The translations under genes were made by a program, and so were the position numbers. Below the pieces are notes generated by a model, which saw nothing but the letters and a program-made list of their open reading frames with translations, was not told where the DNA came from and ran no database searches. Source: the human T2T-CHM13v2.0 reference genome, Homo sapiens. Taken from it: DNA of 64,000 bases. Of this stretch, positions 51,926 through 64,000 are shown one piece after another. Position 1 is the first letter of the stretch; the number at the start of each line of letters is the position of its first letter. Location of the stretch: NCBI RefSeq assembly GCF_009914755.1, contig NC_060947.1; one strand, written 5' to 3'.

Positions 51926-53789
51926 TAATATGGTTTGGCTCTGTCCCCACACAAATATCATCCTGAAATGTAACTCCCAAAATTTCCACGTTATGGGTGC
52001 AACCCTCTGGGAGGTGATTGAATTATGGGAGCAGGTCTTTCCTGCACTGTACTCATGATAGTGAATGAGTCTAATGAGAGCTGATGGTTTTAAAAAGGGG
52101 ATTTTCCCTGCACAATCTTTCTTCTCTTGTCTACCACCATGTGAGATGTGCCTTTCACCTTCCACTATGATTGTGAGGCCTCCCCAGCCACATGAAACTG
52201 TAAGTGCAATAAACGTCGTTCTTTTGTAAATTATCCAGTCTTGGGTATGTCTTTATCAGCAGCGTGAAAACAGACCAATACATTAAGTTGGTACTGAGAG
52301 TGAGATGTTGCTGAAAAGATACCTGAAAATGTGAAAGCAAGTTTGGAACTGGGTAACAGGTAGAAATTGGAACAGTTTGGAAGGCTCAGAAGAAGATAGG
52401 AAAATGTAGGAAAGTTTGGAACTTCCTAGAGATTTGTTGAATGGCTGTGTCCAAAATGCTGATAGAGATATGAACAATATGGTCCAGGCTGAGGTGGTCT
52501 CAGATGGAGATGAGGAACTTGCTGGGGACTGGATCAAAGGAGACTCTTGTTATGTTTTAGCAAAAAGACTGGCAGCATTTTGTCTCTGCCCTGGAGATTT
52601 GTGGAACTTTGAACTTGAGAGAGATGTTTTAGGGTATCTGATGGAAGAAATTTCTAAGCAGTAAAGCATTCAAGATGTGACTTGGGTGCTGTTAAAGGCC
52701 TTCAGCTTTAAAAAGGAAATAAAGCATAAAAGTTAGGAAAATTTGCAGCCTGACAATGCAATAGAAAATAAAATCCCATTTTCTGAGGTAAAATTCAGTC
52801 TGGCTGTAGAAATTTGCATAAGTAACAAGACACAGAATGTTAATCCCCAAGACCATGGGGAAAATGTCTCCAGGGCATGTCAGAAGTCTTCATGGCAGCC
52901 CCTCCCATCACAGGCCCAAAGGACTAGGAGGAAAAAGTGGTTTCCTGGATTGAGCCCAGGGTCCCCATGATGTGTGCAGCCTAGGACTTGGTGCATTGTG
53001 TCTCAGCTGCTCTAGCCATGGCTAAAAGGAGCCAATATAGAGCTCAGGCCATGGCTTCAGAGAGTGCAAGCCCCAAGCCTTGACAGCTTCCATATGCTGT
53101 TGAGCCTGTGAGTACATAGAAGTCAAGAACTGGGGTTTGGGAACCTCCACTTAGATTTCAGAAGTTTTGTGGAAATGCCTGGATGCAGGGATCTCATGGA
53201 GAACCTCTGCTAGGGTAGTGCATATTGGAAATGGGGTTGGAGCCCCCACACAGAGTCCTTACTGGGCACCATCTAGTGGATCTCTGAGAAGAGAGCCACT
53301 GTCTTCCAGACCCTAGAATTGTAGATCCATCTCCAGGTTGCACCATGTGCCTGGAAAAGCCACAGACACTCAACACCAGTTTGTGAAAGCGGTCAGGAAG
53401 GAGGCTACTGTACCCTGTAGAGCCATGAGGCAGAGCTGCTCAAGACCATGGGAACTCACCTCTTACATCAGTGTGACCTGGATGCGAGACCTGGAGTCAA
53501 AGGAGATCATGTTGGGGCTTTAAGATTTGACTGCCTCATTGAATTTCAGATTTGCAGGGGCCTTATATGCCCTTGGTTTGGGCCAGTTTTTTCCATTTGA
53601 AACCCAATGTCTGTACCTCCATTGTAACTAGGAAGTAACTAACTTGGTTTTGATTTTACCGGCTCATAGGCAGAAAGGACTTGCCTTGTCTCAGACAAGC
53701 CTTTAGACTGTGGACTTTTAAGTTAATGCTGAAATAAGTTAAGACTTTGGGGGACTGTTGGGAAAACATGGTTGGTTTTGAAATGTGAA
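51926..53789 (+). mobile_element. THE1 (B/C-like): 5' LTR 51926-52282 plus internal region, 3' LTR deleted
   Basis: LTR ends gtgaaaacagaccaataca. Internal ORF remnants MELPRDLLNG...; stops at ggttttgaaatgtgaa. Confidence 0.92.
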
Positions 53790-55192
53790 GTTTATATAAA
53801 AAGTTTAAATCACTTGATATGATAAAATGCAATCATGGGTCCTTGTATAAGTCTCATTTATTTAGCCAAAGTGATAACTCAAAGATGTTGAAAAAGGACA
53901 AAATATTTATTTTTTGAGAGAGGAGACTTAATTTCTCAAACAATAAACCCCAATAAAAACAGCATGAGGCCCATTAAATGTGTTTTTCAAAATTTTATAA
54001 ACAATCTATGAAATTTTAATCATCTTGACAATAAGATATAATTTTCACAAGCCTTTTAATATCCTTTATAACCTTTATTAAGGAGTGTGTTAATGCTCAT
54101 TTTAATGTCTTTTTAACCTTTATTAAGGAGTGGGTTAATGCTTCAAGAAAACCTTGTTAATCTGACGCAGGGACCCATATGCTAGACTTGCATTAGAGTG
54201 CCTTTGACATTAATGGTTAATATATAGAGAAATTGAACTTATTTTATTTCTCAAAATCAGCCCTTACAATATCATGTGGCCATCTCTTTCAGAATAGTCT
54301 CTGGGCCTTGAGGAGTTAAACAGTTTTAATTTCCAGCCCTGTGTCTCATGAACACAGTTTATTTTGACTGGCATCTTCTACCAGGTCTGAAGATGAGGAT
54401 TTAATTGCTGTCAGTGTTAAGATTTAGCAGGACTTGGTGTTCCTTTTATATCCAGGAGTCAAAGTCCCATAACTTAATGTCATGAAGACTTTTAAAGAAC
54501 ATACTAAAAATTCCACTGGTGTAATAACCTTAATTTAAAAAAATCAGTTTTTTCTAAGCAAACCAAACTTAGTAATAATGACATAGGAATTATTTTGATA
54601 AAGTGTAAGATCTGTTTATTAGGCTAGTCACCCAAAGGCAAAATAAAAGACCTTCTGCAGTGTGACTGCTATTCCCTATGGGAAATTTTATGTTGGCAGG
54701 AAACATTTCTTTTGGACCTCTAAGATAAAACATTTTTTGTTTTGTTTTTAACATCCAGCTACAACAGTTAGAATCCAAAGGAAAAAGAAAAACTTCCAGG
54801 AGTTGAAAATGAGTTGAAGCATAGAGTTATTATTTCAAGCTTTTTAAAAAGGAAGGGAAAGCTAAAAACAGATTGAACAAAAGTTGAACTCTGCATTAAA
54901 AAATTATAATGTCTTGCAATGTATTAAGAGTAAAGCAATAACTAAAAAATTGTAGTTTGAGCCAATTCTTTAGTATATAAGTGGTTTTTATTTTTATTAA
55001 AACCCAATCTCTAGAAAGACCATTATAATTTCCCTGTAATTATAGATAACTTGATCATATAATTTTTTAAATAAATCCCCTTATTGTGACTTGCATGGAC
55101 CACTCATGATATGCTTGGACTTTCTGGTTTATCCTGAGTATCAATCTTTCTTAAACAACCAGTTATTTTATTCTAGGACAAAATTTACCATA

Positions 55193-57494
55193 TGTAATAG
55201 TCTGTTCTCATGCTGCCATGAAGAAATACCCAAGACTGGATAATTTATAAGGGAAATAGGTTTAATTGACTCACAATTCAGCATGGCTGAGGAGACTTGA
55301 AGAAACTTACAATCATGGCTGAAGGCACCTCTTCCCAGGGCAGCAGGAGAGAGAATGAGAACTGAGTGAAGGGGGAAACCCCTTATAAAACCATCAGATC
55401 TCATGAGAACTCACTCACTATCACAAGACCAAGATGGAGGAAACTGCCCCCTTGATTCAATTATCTCCACCTGGTCCCATCCATGACACATGGGAATTGT
55501 TACAGTTCAAGGTGAGATTTGTGTGGGGACACAGAGCCAAATGATATTCTACCCCTAGCCATTCCCAAATCTCATGTCCTCACATTTCAAAACACAATAA
55601 TGCCCTTCAAACAGTCCCCCAAAGTCTTAGCTCATTCTGGTATTAACCCAAAAGGCCAAGTTCAAAGTCTCATCTGATACAAGGCAAGTCCCTTTTCGCT
55701 ATGAGCCTGTAAAATCAAAAGCAAGGTTACTTGCTAGATACAATTGAGGTGCAGGCATTGAGTAAATACACCTTTTCCAGATGGGAGAAATTGGTCAAAA
55801 CAAAGCAGATACAGGCCCCATGGAAGTCCAAAATCCAATAAGGCAATCATTAAACATTAAAGTTTCAAAATGATCTCCTTTGACACCACATCTCACATAC
55901 AGGTCATATTGATGCAAGAGGTGGGCTTCCATGGCCTTGGGTGGCTCCACCCCTGTGGCTTTGCAGGGTACAGCCCCTAATCCTGGCTGTCTTCACATGC
56001 TGGCATTGATTGTCTGCGGGTTTTCCAGGTACATGGTGCAAGCTGTCAGTGTATCTAACATTCTGGGGTCTGGAGGATGGTGGCCCCCTTCTCACAACTC
56101 CACTAGGCAGTGCTCCAGTGGGGATTCTGTGTGGGGGCTCCAACCCCACATTTTGCTTCTACACTGCCATAGCACAGGTTCTTCATGAGGGCTCCACCCC
56201 TATAGCAAAATTCTGCCTGGATATCCAGATGTTCCCATACATCCTGTGAAATCTAGGTGGAGGTTCCTAAACCTCATTTCTTGACTTCTGTACACCTATA
56301 TGCTCAATACCACATAAAAGCCAAAAAGGCTTGGGGCTTACGCCCTCTGAAGCAATGGCCTGAGCTGTACATTAGCCCCTTTTAGCCACAGCTAGAGCTG
56401 AAGCACCTGGAACACAAGGAACACATGTTCTGAGGCTACACAGAGCAAGGGGACCCTGAGCCCAGCCCATGATACCATTTTTCCCTTTTACACCTCGGGG
56501 CCTTTGATAGGAGGGGCTGCTATGAAGGTCTCTGACATGCCCTGGAGACATTCCCCTTTGCTTGGTGATTAACATTCTGCTCCTCATTACTTATGCAAAT
56601 TTCTGTAGCAGGCTTGAATTTATCCCTCCAAAATGGGATTTGCTTTTCTGACACATCCTGTAGCTGCGAATTTTTCAAACATTTGTGTTCTGCTTCCTCT
56701 CGTATGCTTTGCCACTTAGAAACTTCTTTGACTACCCTAAATTACCTCTCTCAAGTTCAAAGATCCACGTATCTCCAGGGCAGAGACAGAATACCTCTAG
56801 TCTTTTTGCCAAAGCCTAGCAAGAGTCACCTTTGCACCAGTTGCCAAGAAGTTTATCATCTCTATTTAGACCAACTCAGGCTGGACTTCATTGTCCATGT
56901 CTCTATCAGCATTTTGGTCAAAATCCTTCAACAAGTCTCTAGAGAGTTCCAAACTTTCCCACATCTTCCTGTCTTCTGAGCCCTACAAGTCCCTAGGAAG
57001 TTCCAAACATTCCCACATTTTTCTGTCTTCCTTTGAGACCTCCAAACTTCCAACCTCTGACTGTTACCCAGTTCCAATGTTGCTTTCATATTTTTTTCAT
57101 ATCTTTATGGCAGAACCCCATTCTCTGTGGTATCAATTGACTGTATTACTCCATTCTCATGCTACTATGAAAAAACACACAACGTGGTAATTTATAAAGG
57201 AAAGAGGTTTAATTGTCTCACAGTTCAGCATGGCTGAGGAGTCCTCAGAAAACCTACAATCATGATGGAAGGAAACCCTTCACAGGATGGTAGGAGAGAG
57301 AATGAGAATTTAGCAGAGGAAAACCCCATATAAAACCATCAGACCTTGTGGAAACTCACTCACTATCACAAAAACAGTATGGAGGAATTGGCCCCCATGA
57401 TTCAATTATCTCCACTTGGTCCTACCCTTGACATGTGGTGATTATTACAATACACACTGGGATGTGGGTGGGAACACAGAGCCAAACCACATCA
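55193..57494 (-). mobile_element. Full-length THE1D-like MaLR (LTRs ~55193-55546 and 57142-57494)
   Basis: Two LTRs, MaLR internal region, perfect TSD CCATA. Confidence 0.93.
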
Positions 57495-57874
57495 CCATAC
57501 GAGATTCTTTCTCATATAAAATTATTTTTCTTTAAGTTTCCTACCCAAAATACCACTTTATTTCTATAATTTTCTCTCTTATTTCCTGGTTCCTTTACCT
57601 TGTTTTATATATAATCTTTAAATAAGCTTTGATTAGACAAAATGTATTCACTTTTTAAAAAGAACTTTTTTTTAGAAAGAATGTTTTACTACAATCTTTT
57701 TTATTGGAAAATATCAATTAATGAAATAGCTGTTATTTAATTTAATATAATGCTAGATTATAAATTATGACGTTTGTCTACAAGCATTTACCCGATTATA
57801 TTAACCTAATTATTTTATTTTAATAGTTTACCTAGATTATTTATGGAAACTGTGGTAGTCATCATTTAAAATTA

Positions 57875-58575
57875 TGAAAACACTATTGCAAAATTGGAAC
57901 TGAGACAGTGAAAGAGAGCTTACCTAAATGATTCCATCTTGCTTTTAACCTTAACACTGTCCTTGTTTATTCCTGGGCATAGACCAAATTAACTTTGGGA
58001 GAAACTAGTTTATAGTTTTGCTTTGAAACAAAGACAATGATAGTCCTTTCCCAAAGTAAACCTCCTTCTTGCTTGGGGACTAGACTGCCTAAAGCCACAA
58101 GATTAGAAATTATGGTTTAGGATTCATGCAGCTGGAGGCTACAAGATTCTAAATCTCCTCAAATTGCTCCTGGGGATAACATAACTATTATAAAATATAA
58201 GACCAGTGCTTGAGATATTTTGCAGACCCTGCACTTGATGGATCAGCTGGCACCACCTAGATCAATGAACTGGCTCATCTGGTCTTGTGGCCCCCATCCA
58301 CTAATTGACTCAGGGTAAGAGGAATCAACTCCCTTTGATTTAACCTCCAACCCAACCAATCAAAACTCCTGACTCACTGGAACCCTTCCCACAAAATTAT
58401 CCTTAAAAATTATGATCCCCGCATTTTCTGTGAAAGTGATTTGAGTAATAATAAAACTCCAGTCTCCTGCACAGCTGGCTCTGTGTGAATTACTCTTTTT
58501 CTATTGCAATTCCCATATTTTGATAAATCAGTTCTGTATAGGGAGTGGGCAAGGTGAACCCACTGGGCAGTTATA
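57875..58575 (+). mobile_element. LTR8-family solo LTR, antisense to the host MER4-int
   Basis: tgaaaacactattgcaaaattggaactgagacagtgaaagag...gatttgagtaataataaaactcc...gggcaaggtgaacccactgggcagttata; TSD atta/gtta. Confidence 0.88.
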
Positions 58576-59815
58576 GTTATTTCCTGGTCAACCATTTTAT
58601 AGCCTGTGAATTTCAGGTGTTTACCTAATTAAGAATCTTAAGATTAAATATATGTTTATTTTAATAATAATTCAAGATTTAGCTATTTTTATTAAGCCAA
58701 TATTAATGGCTTACTTATCAAAAATTACACAAGCAAAATCATTCTGTTTCAGGCTGGGTTTACACTTTTGTAACCCTTATGCCAAATGTTGACATGTTAA
58801 AGTATTTGGCAGGGATAAGTATGAAATCATTTGATCAATAAGTGCAAACAAAAATGTATGCTGGCAATTCTTGAGACATTTCTGATATTAATTTAACAAT
58901 AATTTTAAAGCTAGATTTTTACATATTTTGCTTAAGACAGGTGAACTTGAAAAGCATTTGTGCTTATTATGTAATTTATGAGTACCCTTTAAGCCAATTT
59001 GGTACCTTGTGGCCAAAAATACAACAAAATACATGTACATACACATAAACACACATATACATACTAATACAACCAAAGATCCTATAGATTTTACTGCAGA
59101 ATTCTAGCCATGAGATATTAATAAAACTCACTGGTTTGCAAAAACAGCAACAAAAAATATATGGTTAATTTCAAGCAGTGGATTTTATCTCAGTAGAAAA
59201 GTAAAAGTACACTTAAGGCAGAAAAGAAAGCAGAGAGACAGAGAACGTGGGAACTTTATAATTGCAGGTAGACCTTTGGGTTCTTCATTTTCCTTGATAT
59301 AATCATGCATGAAAATACTACATATATCCATTTTACTGAAACTATTGCAAGAAGAGGCACCATAAAACCAAAGGAGTGCCTGAAAAGGAGGTCATTCTCC
59401 TTGTTTTTTCTCATTCGTAGATTATTTGTTTCCCACCATTTTTTTAAAGGAGAAACTAAGCTGCAGCCTAGTGGGTTGAGTGGGTTGCAGTGTGCTGCTT
59501 GTGGGTGGGACTCCACAGTGTGTTACCATTGAGTCATTTCCACCCTCTTACATGTCTTAGTTTCTCTCTCTGGAGGTCTAGACCTCCAAGAGGGCTCAAA
59601 ATGCAGAGCGACCAGCTTCTATATGTACTTCCTGACCAAACCTTTTTAAACTAATTATGTTGGGGGTTTCCTGTAGGACTACTACATGTCACGGGGGGTC
59701 AACCACCTCTAAGATACTCCCACTCATCACCCAGGGTTGCCTGTTGGCTGGGAGGAGCAAAATGCCCTTTCTCTTAAGAGCTGAAGAAAATCAGTCTCTC
59801 ATTTTTTGGGGGGGA

Positions 59816-64000
<4,185 letters not shown>

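Larger units (their letters stand above)
42801..59812 (-). mobile_element. MER4-group non-autonomous ERV internal region, heavily nested; 5' LTR displaced beyond the L1 at the window end
   Basis: Purine tract next to the LTR on the minus strand. AT-rich MER4-int text is continuous across the insertions (cagcaggcaag|tatagaagtggc). Leader-like sequence at 59600-59810. Confidence 0.75.

Overview
This is primate (human-like) AT-rich genomic DNA made almost entirely of interspersed repeats. I see no host protein-coding exon, structural RNA gene or CpG island. High L1/LTR and low Alu density suggest a gene desert or a large intron, possibly X-linked (inference only). The left half is a mosaic of old L1s, L2/MIR, MaLR LTRs and Alus. 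It includes a full-span L1MA (5152-13197) with a preserved TSD that carries two non-repeat retroposed inserts and a duplicated piece of its own 5'UTR. At 32.8-34.1 kb a 1.3-kb alternating purine-pyrimidine microsatellite hides a ~210-bp-arm inverted repeat. From 42.4 to 59.8 kb is a nested ERV stack: a MER4A1 provirus contains a TSD-bounded MER51B provirus, which itself holds LTR7B, LTR30 and an env remnant. The MER4 element also contains AluJb, two THE1s and LTR8. The window ends inside an inactive L1PA2/3. The long ORFs in the track derive from L1, MaLR or microsatellite sequence. I found no credible new biological system; the findings concern structure and evolutionary history. Subfamily names come from recalled consensus sequences and need RepeatMasker/Dfam confirmation.
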